Positions 1 through 10,800 of a stretch of 64,000 nucleotides of DNA are shown in pieces. How positions within the stretch are numbered: position 1 is the stretch's first letter; each line of letters opens with the position of its first letter. The translations under genes and the position numbers were made by a program. The notes beneath the pieces were generated by a model, which was given only the letters and a program-made list of their open reading frames with translations, searched no databases and was not told the origin of the DNA. The DNA is from Terriglobales bacterium (GTDB lineage Bacteria; Acidobacteriota; Terriglobia; Terriglobales; Acidobacteriaceae): positions 5,840 through 69,839 of the forward strand of contig DATBAX010000355.1 of NCBI GenBank assembly GCA_036271275.1, in the 5' to 3' direction.

Positions 1-251
1 AGCAAAGCCCCCAGGACACTGGCGCTCGGAAACGATAGTAGTACCCCGATTGCTGTTCTGCGGTTTTGTTGCCCAGCAAGCAAGCTCAACGCAATGATCG
101 GCAAGACACACTCGACCGAGATCATTGGATGCAACATGCCCGCGTAGAAATCTCCAACGCCTTTCATCGGATGCGCTAACGCAGACGATGGAAAAATCAG
201 GAATACGGATCCGATTGCACAAACGATCGAGAGTGTCCGCTTCATTTTCAT
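1..251 (-). CDS. HupE/UreJ-like membrane protein, N-terminal part only (gene runs off window start)
   Basis: Absent from the ORF track because it is open-ended. The reverse-strand ATG at 249-251 overlaps the stop of the upstream gene (tcat at 248-251). Translation is MKMKRTLSIVCAIGSVFLIFPSSALAHPMKGVGDFYAGMLHPMISVE.., a signal peptide followed by an AH..G..G..HP motif like the neighbouring HupE gene. Confidence 0.5.
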   Translation of the reverse strand, partial: MKMKRTLSIVCAIGSVFLIFPSSALAHPMKGVGDFYAGMLHPMISVECVLPIIALSLLAGQQNRRTAIGVLLSFPSASVLGAL

Positions 252-871
252 GAATGTGCGAGATTGACCAGCAGAAAAATTCCTACGATTGAGATTAATC
301 CGCCGGACAGGCGAAGAGCTCTGGCACCCGCAGGCCGGAAGTTAATCAAGCCAAACAAGATTCCTCCGACGTGCAACAATCCGGTGGCGAGTACAAAACC
401 CAAAGCGTAGGTCAACGGCGAGGCTGCCTTCGGAAGTTCCGTTCCGTGAGCGTGGCCGTGAAATATGGCAAACGCTCCTACGATCAACGCCGCCACCCAA
501 AGCGGAGGCCGTGCGGCGAACGCGATCATAATGCCCAGAACCAGTGCGGAAGCCGCCACACCAATTTCGACTCCAGGGATGGGAACCCCACGCACTCCGA
601 GAACTCCCCCAAACGACATCACCAGAGGAAACGCAACGGGAAGCACCCAGATTGCCGGGCGTCCCAACTGCGATCCCCAGATTCCAACGGCAACCATGGC
701 GAGAATGTGGTCCAGGCCTGAAAGGGGATGCAGAAAGCCAGTAATAAATCCATGAGCCTGGTCCGGAATCGTATGAGCGAAGGCGGGCGAGTCGAAGACG
801 GCAATTGCCGCAAGAATGGCAAGCCATCGCCGAGTCGCGATGTAGTTGGAGTCTAGAAAAAGATTGCGCAT
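248..871 (-). CDS. HupE/UreJ family metal permease
   Basis: C-terminal 207 aa of ORF 248..1135. Start moved to the ATG at 871 (MRNLFLDSNYIATRRWLAILAAIAVFDSPAFAHT..). Canonical motif HGFITGFLHPLSGLDHILAMVAVGIW and a C-terminal FHGHAHGTE. The start overlaps the stop of the upstream gene. Confidence 0.85.
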   Translation of the reverse strand: MRNLFLDSNYIATRRWLAILAAIAVFDSPAFAHTIPDQAHGFITGFLHPLSGLDHILAMVAVGIWGSQLGRPAIWVLPVAFPLVMSFGGVLGVRGVPIPGVEIGVAASALVLGIMIAFAARPPLWVAALIVGAFAIFHGHAHGTELPKAASPLTYALGFVLATGLLHVGGILFGLINFRPAGARALRLSGGLISIVGIFLLVNLAHS

Positions 872-1902
872 CGTTGTAGGAACCAGAAAGAGGCCAAAGA
901 GCCAATCGCATAGGCTGGAACTGGACGCGTCCAAACCGGCCAGCGAATCTCCAAAGTTCGCAGCGAATGAACAAAACCCAGGAATACTGCAACGAAGGCG
1001 AGTTGTCCCGCCTCCACGCCGAGGTTGAAAAACAAGAGAGCTTGCGGAATGTCTGCCGTCGGAATCCCGAGGCTGGATAAAGTTCCAGCAAAGCCAAAGC
1101 CATGCAGCAAGCCGAATGCAAACGCTACGATCCACGGCTGGCGATAGGTCAGACCATCTTTGCCTCGTTGATGTTGGGCCAGTTCAGCAGCAAGGAAGAC
1201 AATGCTCAATGCGATGACGGCTTCCACGGGGGTGGGCGCTACATGCACCACGCCGAAAACGGATAGGCCGAGCGTAATCGTATGCGCAACAGTGAAGGCT
1301 GTAATCGTTTTGAATAACAGACCTGACGTGCGAACGATCAACAGCAATCCCAATACGAAGAGAAGATGGTCAATTCCGTAAAGGATATGACCCACTCCCA
1401 GAGTCAAGTAGCCCCAGGCATCGATTCTGTTCTTTCCATCTTTGCGAACGACAAAGGAAGTTTCCAGCGGCTTGAGCATGTGCTGGACGCTGCTGCCGTC
1501 CACAAATGTGATCCGCACCAGCACATCAAGAATAGTGACAGTGAGGCCGGAAATTGAAATGGCCGCGCCATTGAGACCGGCGGGGCCGCATTGAATGCTT
1601 CCCCGCTCGAGGAGTGCGCCGGCTGTTCGTTCGGTAGTCAGCGATTTCGAGACAATGCAATTCGTTGGGAACACTGGATAAATGGCCGGGGGTGGGCCTT
1701 CTGCGGCTGGGACTTTCCAAACCAGATCGAATGATCCGCTGGTCGTTTCCTGCAAGGCCAGATACCCAGGCAAGCTGGTATGGGCTTGCGCCGGGATGGC
1801 GCCGAAGCATGCAATTAGCAGGCACAAGGTGCACCACAACATAATTCGTGATACTGTCGCGTCCTCCCCTATATCCATGCGAATATTCATGTCGAAAATC
1901 AA
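853..1902 (-). CDS. HupE/UreJ_2-type membrane protein with N-terminal periplasmic domain
   Basis: 349-aa ORF with a signal/anchor segment and a roughly 150-aa soluble domain. It then has GHILYGIDHLLFVLGLLLIV, TVAHTITL and LLHGFGFAG motifs typical of the long HupE/UreJ family. 4-nt overlap with the upstream PPIase gene. Confidence 0.8.
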   Translation of the reverse strand: MIFDMNIRMDIGEDATVSRIMLWCTLCLLIACFGAIPAQAHTSLPGYLALQETTSGSFDLVWKVPAAEGPPPAIYPVFPTNCIVSKSLTTERTAGALLERGSIQCGPAGLNGAAISISGLTVTILDVLVRITFVDGSSVQHMLKPLETSFVVRKDGKNRIDAWGYLTLGVGHILYGIDHLLFVLGLLLIVRTSGLLFKTITAFTVAHTITLGLSVFGVVHVAPTPVEAVIALSIVFLAAELAQHQRGKDGLTYRQPWIVAFAFGLLHGFGFAGTLSSLGIPTADIPQALLFFNLGVEAGQLAFVAVFLGFVHSLRTLEIRWPVWTRPVPAYAIGSLASFWFLQRCAIFF

Positions 1903-2924
1903 TCGATCTCTGGTGATAACGTGTCCTGAGTTCCAGGATTCATCGGTGTGGATTGCGTTGACGCAGGCGCCGAGAGAGCAGCTTTGTCGATTTCAATCTG
2001 ATAACGCTTTCGCACCCGATCGTAGAAGGCTTGGCTGACAACCTGTAAACGACGGTTTTGAAAATCCGTCAGTACCTGGTTTCGCACTTCAGGCAATTCT
2101 GGAATTCTGGACTCCAACTTCTGAGAAATACGCACCAGATGAAAGCCATATCCTGATTGAATCGGTCCGACCCATTCGCCTGTATCGACCAAGAACAATT
2201 TTCGCGCGAACTCGTCACCGAAAAGTTCTTTGATTTGTTGTTGAGTTTGCAGCGGATATTCGCTTTGTAGCATGAAAGAATCGCCGAGTCTGGAGACTGA
2301 CGCCAGGGGAATTGAACCTGCGTTCAGGCTGGCAAGCACACTCCGTGCATCCTTCTCGGAGTTCGCGCCGCGCTTCGAAGTGCTGAAGTAGATGTGTGAA
2401 AAAGCAACCTGCTTGGGGCTTCGAAACTTTTCGCGGTTCTGCAGGAAATAATCCTGGAGCTCATTCTCGGATGGCGCGGTGGAGGCTAGTTCCTGCGACA
2501 GGAACTCCATTTTTTCGACCAGGCGACGCCGGATGATGGTGTCGTCTTTATCTAGACCGGAAGCCAGAGCCTCCCGGTAAAGAACATCTTCGCGAAGGTA
2601 ATCGTCAACCAGGCTTTTCATCTGACTGGAATCTGGTGCATGCCCCCATTGACGTGTCCATACTTCACGAAGCCGCTGAATCTCGGGCGCTGTTACTTGG
2701 ATCAGGTTTCCATTGAATCCGGTTTTGTTGGAGCGATCAAAGAGTGTTCCGAGAGCGACAATCACAGCTCCAGCTATTAAGAAATGAAGTAGCGGCTCGC
2801 GAAACAATCCGCGAATGGTTTCGAATCTGCCCTGTTTCGCGAGCACATACCCGCTCCCTTTCGGGCCGTTGCGCACTACTTCCCGGAACTCCGTTGGAAG
2901 GTCGATTTGTCCGACTGAATGCAA
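1899..2924 (-). CDS. membrane-anchored parvulin-type peptidyl-prolyl isomerase (PpiC/PpiD-like)
   Basis: 341-aa ORF with an N-terminal TM helix (LLHFLIAGAVIVALGTLF). The C-terminal parvulin signature is GEWVGPIQSGYGFHLVRI. Confidence 0.75.
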   Translation of the reverse strand: MHSVGQIDLPTEFREVVRNGPKGSGYVLAKQGRFETIRGLFREPLLHFLIAGAVIVALGTLFDRSNKTGFNGNLIQVTAPEIQRLREVWTRQWGHAPDSSQMKSLVDDYLREDVLYREALASGLDKDDTIIRRRLVEKMEFLSQELASTAPSENELQDYFLQNREKFRSPKQVAFSHIYFSTSKRGANSEKDARSVLASLNAGSIPLASVSRLGDSFMLQSEYPLQTQQQIKELFGDEFARKLFLVDTGEWVGPIQSGYGFHLVRISQKLESRIPELPEVRNQVLTDFQNRRLQVVSQAFYDRVRKRYQIEIDKAALSAPASTQSTPMNPGTQDTLSPEID

Positions 2925-2942
2925 TTCGACTGTCTCCTAAAA

Positions 2943-4310
2943 TCAAACTTGGCGTAGGGGCGGTAATTTGTACGATCCGTTAAACAGCGCGGGTTTGGGC
3001 TGATAGGTCCGCAAAATAAGTTGGTAAGGGCCGGTTGGAGAAGGCAGCCAGTTCGCAGTTCCCTTCGCCGGCGCTTTATTTTGGAATTGAATCTCGAGCG
3101 AGCCATCCGGTCCGTAAACAAGCCCGGCTGTTCGATCGCCAATCGCATATCGCTTGATCGGATTTTCTACCAGGGCAAAGTCTGATCCGTAAAGCGTGAT
3201 GGACCAGAACGCGTCGACCGGGGGAAGGCCGCCGGCTGGGAATGTGAGAACGTATTTGTTCGCCCCGTTTAAGGGTCCACTCTCAGGCTTCGCACTGAAG
3301 TACAAGGCTTCCTGGGCAATGTGCGCGGCAGGTCCGTACTGGTTCACAGCGGCGCGAAGAAGCGGGTCTTTGATGAAGTTGGTGACTTTCGTATTCCCAC
3401 TCCAACCGTTGACCGTCGTGGAATAGTTCGCCTTTTTGATGCGGGCGTCGGCTGCCGGAACAGCGTCACGCAAGATGCTAATCGTCTTCTCATCTTTGAT
3501 CTGCGAAGGCCGACTGCCTGGCTTGATTCCAACCTTCGCGAACCGATTCAAACGGTCGAGATCGTATGTGGGCGGTGGCGCTGTTTCGAGGCCCGCAGTG
3601 AGTTTGTCATAGAAATCAATTCCCAGCGTGCCAAAGTGTGGCAGCGGGAAAAGACTAAGATTGGCGTCCGCAACTGAGGCCGGAGGCTGGATGTTTGGAT
3701 AAGCACTCAACGGCGCCAATGCATATTGCACGTGGATTGCGTTGGCTGCCGGAAGATCTGCCTCGCTCGTTACCAGGGTTCGAGTGAAGGCAATTGCCAA
3801 ATTGGTGGGGGCGTCGATCCGGCCCACACCCGTTGGAAGCGTTCCCTTCCACTTTGGTCCAACGATCGCATACGTCCCTTCCTTGGTGCCGGTGGCACGG
3901 CGGCCCACGTATGCAAATGTGTTCGCGTAGGCGTCGAGAAATTGAATTGAGTAGTAGCGATCATCCGCGTCAGGGACATGAAGAAGTTGCGGCCCGCCGC
4001 TCAGATCCAACCATGCATACCCATACAATGTGTCGATATTGGGGCCTGCAGTCCTATCCGCGGGTGTCGCCAGATGTTGCTTCGCAAAGAATAGATTTAC
4101 GGCGATGTTCTTTTGATGGGCCGACTCGAAGTACCACTCCATCAACACGAGAGGAAAGCCCCAGATGTAAGCATCCTGCGCAATAGTTGCGGGATCGTCT
4201 GCATCCGCCGCAAAAGCCGACGAAATAAATGACGTTGCACCAACAGCAGCCGCACCGACTCCGGTCAGCCAGAGGAATTTTCGTCGGTTCATTTCCGAAA
4301 GTTTGGACAT
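2943..4310 (-). CDS. DUF1254/DUF1214 domain protein, Tat-exported (paralog 1)
   Basis: ORF 2943..4334. Start chosen at MSKLSEMNRRKFLWLTGVGAAAVGATSFISSAFA by alignment with the paralog, which shows a twin-arginine RRKFL motif. Conserved blocks are AYIWGFP, DDRYYSIQFLD, YVGRRATGTKEG and FWSITLY. Confidence 0.85.
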   Translation of the reverse strand: MSKLSEMNRRKFLWLTGVGAAAVGATSFISSAFAADADDPATIAQDAYIWGFPLVLMEWYFESAHQKNIAVNLFFAKQHLATPADRTAGPNIDTLYGYAWLDLSGGPQLLHVPDADDRYYSIQFLDAYANTFAYVGRRATGTKEGTYAIVGPKWKGTLPTGVGRIDAPTNLAIAFTRTLVTSEADLPAANAIHVQYALAPLSAYPNIQPPASVADANLSLFPLPHFGTLGIDFYDKLTAGLETAPPPTYDLDRLNRFAKVGIKPGSRPSQIKDEKTISILRDAVPAADARIKKANYSTTVNGWSGNTKVTNFIKDPLLRAAVNQYGPAAHIAQEALYFSAKPESGPLNGANKYVLTFPAGGLPPVDAFWSITLYGSDFALVENPIKRYAIGDRTAGLVYGPDGSLEIQFQNKAPAKGTANWLPSPTGPYQLILRTYQPKPALFNGSYKLPPLRQV

Positions 4311-4337
4311 ATTTCTCTGCTTACGTTTTTCCATTCG

Positions 4338-5693
4338 CTAAACTTTGTGGAGTGCTGGGACTTTGTAGGTACCGTCAATCAGCTCAAGTCTGGGTTGGTA
4401 CATTCTCAAGACCAGATGAAACGGCCCGCTGGAAATGGGAAGCCAATTGGACGTTCCTTTTTCTGGGGTTTCTTTTTGTAGTTGTAGTTCGAGGGAGCCA
4501 TCGTCATGTTTCAATCCCGCCGTTACGGTTCCAATGGCATAGCGATCGATTGGATTTGGGATTAGCAGGAACTGCGGTCCTTCATACGCTGACAACGACC
4601 AGAAGGCATTCACGGGAGGAAGAGCACCCGCAGCAAATTTGAGCGTGTATTTATTCGCCCCGGTCAGAGGTTCGTCCGGCTTGCCAATGAAATACAGCGC
4701 TTCCTGTGCAACGTGTGTTCCTGGCCCGTAAAGGTTTGCAGATGCCTTTAGAAGCGGATCTTTAATGAAGTTGGTGACCTTGTAATTTACTGACCAGCCA
4801 TTCGTGTTGTCCGTAACATCTGCTTTAATGATCTGAGTATTCGCCGCAGGTACTGCTTTAATGAGGGCAGCACGCAGTGCTGGGTCAACCACCTGCGATG
4901 GATGGGCTCCAGCTTTGATCCCAACTTTCTCAAATCGACGGAGTGAGGCCGCATCTTGCGGAAGAATGGGCAACGTTGCCAGGGCTGCGCTCATTTGGTC
5001 GAAGAATTGAAGTCCCAGAGTACTGAAGTCCGGGATCGGGATTGTTTGGAGGAAGTACAGCTCTTCCGAATGAATGCGCGGATAGGCGCTGAGCGGCGAC
5101 AGAGCGTACTGTTTCTGAATCGCCTGCGCCGCCGGAAGGTCGTCGTCCCCTTTCACGAGCGTGCGAGTCAAGACCAGGATGCGGCTGGTCAGAGATTCGA
5201 TTTTCGTCAGGCCCGCTGGAACTTTCCCTTCCCACGTCGGCCCCACAATCAGATATTTGCCTTCTTTCGTGCCGGTAGCCCGCCGTCCCACATAAGAAAA
5301 ATCATTCGAGTACTCATCGATCAACTGGACGGAGTAGTACCGATCGTTCGTTTCTGGAACATGCAGGACGAGTGGTTCGTTCGCAACGTCCAGGAAGGCA
5401 AATCCATAAAGCAGATTCATGCATGGCCCGACCGCTTTGTCGGCGGGCAAGGACAGATTCGGATTTCCGGTGAACCGGTTGAGAGGGATATTGTTCTGGC
5501 GGGCCCACTCAAAATACCAGCGTATGCAAACCGCAGGCAGTCCCCAGATATAAGCTTCTTGTGCGATTGCGAGAGGGTCGTCGAAATCTGTAGCAAAGGC
5601 ATGGGGTATCAATGAAAAAGCCCCGATGGAGGCAGTGCCGATTCCGGCCAGCCAAAGAAATTTTCGCCGCGTCACTTCGGATAGATTGGACAT
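4338..5693 (-). CDS. DUF1254/DUF1214 domain protein, Tat-exported (paralog 2)
   Basis: 451-aa ORF starting MSNLSEVTRRKFLWLAGIGTASIGAFSLIPHAFA. Collinear with the downstream paralog over its whole length, roughly half identical by eye. Confidence 0.85.
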   Translation of the reverse strand: MSNLSEVTRRKFLWLAGIGTASIGAFSLIPHAFATDFDDPLAIAQEAYIWGLPAVCIRWYFEWARQNNIPLNRFTGNPNLSLPADKAVGPCMNLLYGFAFLDVANEPLVLHVPETNDRYYSVQLIDEYSNDFSYVGRRATGTKEGKYLIVGPTWEGKVPAGLTKIESLTSRILVLTRTLVKGDDDLPAAQAIQKQYALSPLSAYPRIHSEELYFLQTIPIPDFSTLGLQFFDQMSAALATLPILPQDAASLRRFEKVGIKAGAHPSQVVDPALRAALIKAVPAANTQIIKADVTDNTNGWSVNYKVTNFIKDPLLKASANLYGPGTHVAQEALYFIGKPDEPLTGANKYTLKFAAGALPPVNAFWSLSAYEGPQFLLIPNPIDRYAIGTVTAGLKHDDGSLELQLQKETPEKGTSNWLPISSGPFHLVLRMYQPRLELIDGTYKVPALHKV

Positions 5694-5730
5694 GCCTTCT
5701 CCTTATGATCTTTATGTATGAATTCCAGAA

Positions 5731-7728
5731 TTATCGTTTTGCGACGACCGATCCGCTTCCGGCCGGTGTAAACCAAATTGGAGAGCTCCAGGCGCGCTCT
5801 TGAACCGTTGCCGGAACGAATTCTGAAAGTTTTACTTTCAGATGGTTCGCATCGTACGTGCTCCATCGACAGGTCGGATTCTCAAATACACGCACGTAGT
5901 AGAAAGCTCGCTCTGTTGGTTTGAAATCAGGATCAGTCCACAATGCACTGAGCTCCGTTGCCCCTTTGCTTTTTGAATAGGTGCAGTCGGTCAAGTTGAC
6001 TTTGGCGTTATTGTCCGCGCACTGGTGAGTTTTCTTGTCTGGCTTCAATCCATCGGAGCAGACAACGTCGTAAACCGCTTCGTGTGTCTCCCCGGCATCA
6101 GTCCATCCCTTAATAATCTGAATTTTCTGAAGACCGGCGCTGTTGGGGTCTTTGGTAGCCCAGGCAACAAACTTCGGAGCTTTTAAGGGGCCGGAAGCTG
6201 AAGGAAGATCTCCGCCCATGGGCACTCCATTTCGGTATGCCTGTTGCACAAGGTCGCGGCTACGGGAGAGATCATGGCGATAGTTCCATCCCCCAAAGAA
6301 GCGGACCCGGATGCGGGTTCCACTGGTGGCAAAAGTCTCGCGGCGCTTTAGAGCGTCAAAGATAGACTCCCGCGTGTTTTCTTCTGCCCAGACGCCCGCC
6401 AGGCCGCCGGGATTATTCATTACGGTTCGCACCGGCATTTCCTTGCCCATATTACTGTTCAGGCGTTTTTCCGGCTCGTTATCCACCAAACCACTCATGC
6501 CATTCCAGTTATCTTCTTCAGTTGCCCCGGGAGTGCTTGAGTGGGAGTCGGTGCCGCCTACAAATCCATACTTGAAAGGATTAGTTCCAAATTTTTCCTC
6601 GAGACCTAATCCTCTCTTTAGCGCGTCGCGCACGTAGTTGCTGGCGACCGCGCAAAAGGCGGTTTCGCCCTCTTTGCATGGCCTAAAATCCTGTTCGAAG
6701 TTGCATTCTTCATCGTTGGTGCCAAGGCCGGTTGCGCATTCTGAAGTTCCCTTACTTTGGTAAATTTCGATTAGCTTTTCCAACTTTGCTCGCCGCGCCA
6801 AGCCTTCTGCCGTAAAGGGTGTGCCATCGCTATTGTTGGACGCCAGTACGACTCCCCATCCCCAGTTGGTGTTATGAGGGATCGACAATACCTGGCAATC
6901 GCCGGTGCAAGCTTTTTCCAGCCAGGTCCAGAGGCGTTCCGGCGAGTTGTTTAAGTCCGCCGAACTATAGACGGATTGTGGAACGCTGCCTCCGCGGAAA
7001 ATTACGTTGCGATGTAACATGCCCAGCCGTTTAAAGCCAGCCGTCCATTCATAACCGGCAAACGTCGTGAACTTTCCAGGCTCGTAGAATTCATCGGCGT
7101 TTTTCTGGATTTGCTGCCAGACATTTTGCGCGCGCTGAAAGCAGCGATTATTTTCGTCGGCCAGAGCGCTGCCGCAAATTTCAGGATTGCGTTCCGCAGG
7201 ATCTTTGAATAGATGAGAAACCAACCCCCACATGGAACCGAGCGCCGTTTTCAAGTCTTGATCGGATTGGCGCAAATCGCGGCAAATATCACTCTTGTAA
7301 ACCGGGTCATTGGGATCCAGGCAGAAAGACAGTTCTCCCAACCACATGTCGTGGTCCGTAACGGCGACAAAATCGAGTGGAGCTTTTAACTGATTAATCT
7401 TTCCGCCGGGCAATGTAATGGGTTCTCCACGGCCAAATCGATAAGCCGCCCTTGGATCGTTGCGTGTGCCTATCGCATATGCATCCAACGAGTAGCTGGT
7501 GTGAACGTGGATATCCCCGAAGTACGCATTGCGTAGGGGATTTGGAGCGGGGCGCGATGCGGCTAACGAATCCTTGGAAGCTGGGTCAGCCCCCCAGGAC
7601 AGGCAAGTTGGGAATATTGCCATGAACAGAAACAGACGAATAAAAGGTTTCAGATCGATCGCTGTTTCGAATTTACCTTTACCGTGGTTTGCCATGAGGA
7701 ATCCTTGTTGTCTTCTTTCACTTTTCAC
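5731..7728 (-). CDS. DUF3604 domain protein (secreted PHP-like metallo-hydrolase fold)
   Basis: 665-aa ORF with a signal peptide (FIRLFLFMAIFPTCLSWG). Has the GDIHVHTSYSLDAY and DFVAVTDHD metal-binding-type motifs near the N-terminus. The start may instead be the internal MANHGKG at 7695. Confidence 0.8.
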   Translation of the reverse strand: MKSERRQQGFLMANHGKGKFETAIDLKPFIRLFLFMAIFPTCLSWGADPASKDSLAASRPAPNPLRNAYFGDIHVHTSYSLDAYAIGTRNDPRAAYRFGRGEPITLPGGKINQLKAPLDFVAVTDHDMWLGELSFCLDPNDPVYKSDICRDLRQSDQDLKTALGSMWGLVSHLFKDPAERNPEICGSALADENNRCFQRAQNVWQQIQKNADEFYEPGKFTTFAGYEWTAGFKRLGMLHRNVIFRGGSVPQSVYSSADLNNSPERLWTWLEKACTGDCQVLSIPHNTNWGWGVVLASNNSDGTPFTAEGLARRAKLEKLIEIYQSKGTSECATGLGTNDEECNFEQDFRPCKEGETAFCAVASNYVRDALKRGLGLEEKFGTNPFKYGFVGGTDSHSSTPGATEEDNWNGMSGLVDNEPEKRLNSNMGKEMPVRTVMNNPGGLAGVWAEENTRESIFDALKRRETFATSGTRIRVRFFGGWNYRHDLSRSRDLVQQAYRNGVPMGGDLPSASGPLKAPKFVAWATKDPNSAGLQKIQIIKGWTDAGETHEAVYDVVCSDGLKPDKKTHQCADNNAKVNLTDCTYSKSKGATELSALWTDPDFKPTERAFYYVRVFENPTCRWSTYDANHLKVKLSEFVPATVQERAWSSPIWFTPAGSGSVVAKR

Positions 7729-7803
7729 TGCGTCTTCAAATTCGGCAATGACTGGCGCAACGAACGAAACGCCAGGACAAACGCCTGCGGGCGCCAGCCG
7801 TGT

Positions 7804-10800
7804 TCAGAACGTCAAATGCAAAGCCACCTGAATGATGCGGCTCTGGTTCCCGGACTGCAGTCCGGTCACCCGGCCAAATAATGGATTTCCAAACAATGTA
7901 TTTGGATTGGCCCAATTGCCGTGGTTCAGAACATTCAGCGCTTCCGCCCGAAACTGCAGGTTAGTGCTTTCATGCAGGCGAAAGTTCTTTAGCAGCGACG
8001 CATCCACTTGCGCTGTGCCTGGCCCCGTGCCAAATGTACGTGGCGCGTCGCCGAAGGTGTAAGCAGGGTTTTGCTGAAAGACTGCTGTGTTGAACCATTT
8101 CGCAGCCGATCTCTGACCGGTGCTAACAACCGGATCGCCCACCAGGTTCGGACGCACACCGTCAGAAAATGAACCGGTATTGTTGACTGCGTCCAGAGGG
8201 CTCAGAGGAGTTCCGGTATGCAGTTCCGCGATGGTCCCGAACGACCAGCCTCCGATAACCTGTTCCAGGATGGGCGATCCCGGAGCAAATCTTTTACCGC
8301 GCCCGAAGGGCAACTCGTATACGCCGCTCACAATCAAGCGGTGACGAATGTCGTTACCCGAAAGTCCCCAGCGGGAATTGGGATTGTAATAATCCGTGAA
8401 AGTGTTGTCGCCGGGATATCCGGCCAGCTCGATGTAACTTTCGGCGTTGTCCTCAAATTTTGAATAGGTGTAGTTAGCTTGCAGTTGAAGTCCATGCGAG
8501 TAACGCTTCTGAATGCCTACGTTCACACCGTTGTATTTTGAAGCTCCAATGTTGGGATCGAGAATCTGCACATTCTGATACTGAGGAAACGGTCGCAACG
8601 ATTGTGCAATTGCCGGATTCGCCGCTAACTGCGCGAGATCCGTATCCGGCACCTGATTGATGCTGTAGCCACCGCTGCCATAACTGTACACCGGCATGCT
8701 GTGCGCAAACGTTCCCAGGTAACCGATGTCAAGGATCAGATTGTTGCTGAGTTCGCGTTGAATATCGAAACTCGATTGATAGATATAACCGTTGACATGA
8801 TTTTGGTCCCAATAAGTAACCACAGTGTGTGCTGGTTGCCCCGGGGCGGCAGCGCCGAAGCCTGGCGTCAGGTCAGCGGTGGTTGGTGTGGTCCAGAACT
8901 CCGGAATCGAACTAAGTTGGAATGCGGGAGTCAGAATTCCGGTGTTGGCGTTATACACGCCGGTAGCCGTACCGCTGGTTCCGTAGCCGAGATTTCCCTC
9001 CTGTGGCGTTCCCGAAGCATATTCACCCGTATAGAGAACGCCGAACCCGCCGCGGACCACCCAGCTGTCCCGAGGAGACCACGCAAAACCGATACGGGGA
9101 CCAAAGTTATTCAGGTCCCACTGGTTTGCATAAACGCTAGTTCCGTTAATTCCGGAGAAAGTAACAATGCCCGGCGTTCCCGAGACTGGATTAATGGCCG
9201 TTGCGTCGAACGAATTCTGTTCGTTAGGATTCGTCTTGCGGGGCGAATCGATGTCCCAGCGAAGACCCAGATTTAGCGTGAGATGAGACGTGACCTTCCA
9301 GTCGTCCTGAATAAAAGCGGCATAAGAATCGGCGATTGAGTGGATCGTGTCGAAGTCATTGATCGAGCCGGTATAGACATTTCCCAGCAGAAGATTTACT
9401 AGAGAACCCGCTGCAGTGTTCGTGCTGGTGCCGTTGTTGTTGAACGAGAACACGCCACCCGCATACAAAGGGTAGGTCGAGTTCATGTACGAAGTTCGCA
9501 CCTCTCCGCCAAACTTGATCTGATGTGCGCCACGGACCCAGGAAAAATTATCCACGTAGGAATTGTTTACCGCAGGGGTCTGTGCCAGCCCCTGGTAGGG
9601 CGCTCCGAAGGTCTGCAGCCCAGCGACGTTGACCGTCGGGAAGTAGTTGTTGTCGAAAGTATTCAGGCCAATTTGTCCGTCGAGATCAGTGTGAGCGCCA
9701 GCCGAGTTAAACAGATATTGCCGGCGGGTATAAGTGAGCCGCAACTCGTTGATCTTGTTTGCCGCGAAATTATGAAACCAGGTGCCGGAGACGTTGTAGT
9801 TGTATTCCTTGAGCAATGACCCATAAGGATCGGTCCCTGCTGTAGGAAAAACCGAGGCAGTCAACGTGTGATCGGTTTGGCCGAGGAGACGTCCGAATAT
9901 ACGGTCTTTGTCTCCGAAAACATGGTCGATTCGCGCAACATACACATCCACCCCGGTGGTCGCTGGATCATTCACGACGTATTGGGCGGTGGGCGTTATG
10001 CCGGTGATATGCGGATAAAACGAGGCTAGGTTGAGGCCGACGGCGTCAATGCGACCGGTGGGAATTTGATTGCCGGCGAAGGCCACTCCTGTAGAAGGAT
10101 CTTTGACTAAGACCTGCACCCCAGTCTGCGGATCGATAATTCCGTTAAAGTCTCCCGTCAGCTCCTGGGCGGTTGGAACGGTCAACGAAAGCGGGTTTGC
10201 GATGGTTTGGCGCCGGCCTTCATAGTTGAAGAAAAACTGTGTCCGGTTTTTCTTGATCGGCCCTCCGAGGCTGGCCCCGAACAAGTTGTAACGAAGAGTC
10301 GGATTTTTTTTCACGAAATCCGGCACGGCTTGCAGCGCATCGTTTCGCAGATATTCATAAGCCGAACCATGAAATGAATTGGTTCCCGAGCGGGTGGACA
10401 TCTGGATCACTCCGCCGCCGGAGCGTCCCAGTTCCGCCGCGTAGTTGCTGATAGCTACGCTGAACTCCTGAACCGATTCGACTGGGGGATCGAATCCCGG
10501 CGTGGGCACACCTAACAGTAGGTTCTGTGCGTTACCACCATCGATGAAGTAGTTGGCGTTGTCACTGCGGCCACCGCCAATGGCGAATGAGGCGTTCGCA
10601 CCAGAGTTGGTCTGCACCACGAAGCCGTTTAACTTTTGCAACTGCTGGGAGCGACGGTCAATGAGCGGCAAGTCTGTAATACTGGCGTTGTCGACGACAT
10701 TAGCAATCGCTGAAGTTTCAGTTTGCAGCAGAGGAACGCTGGCATCGACGTTGACGGTTTGCTGCTCGGACCCGACCTTGAGGACTACGTCGACATTACT

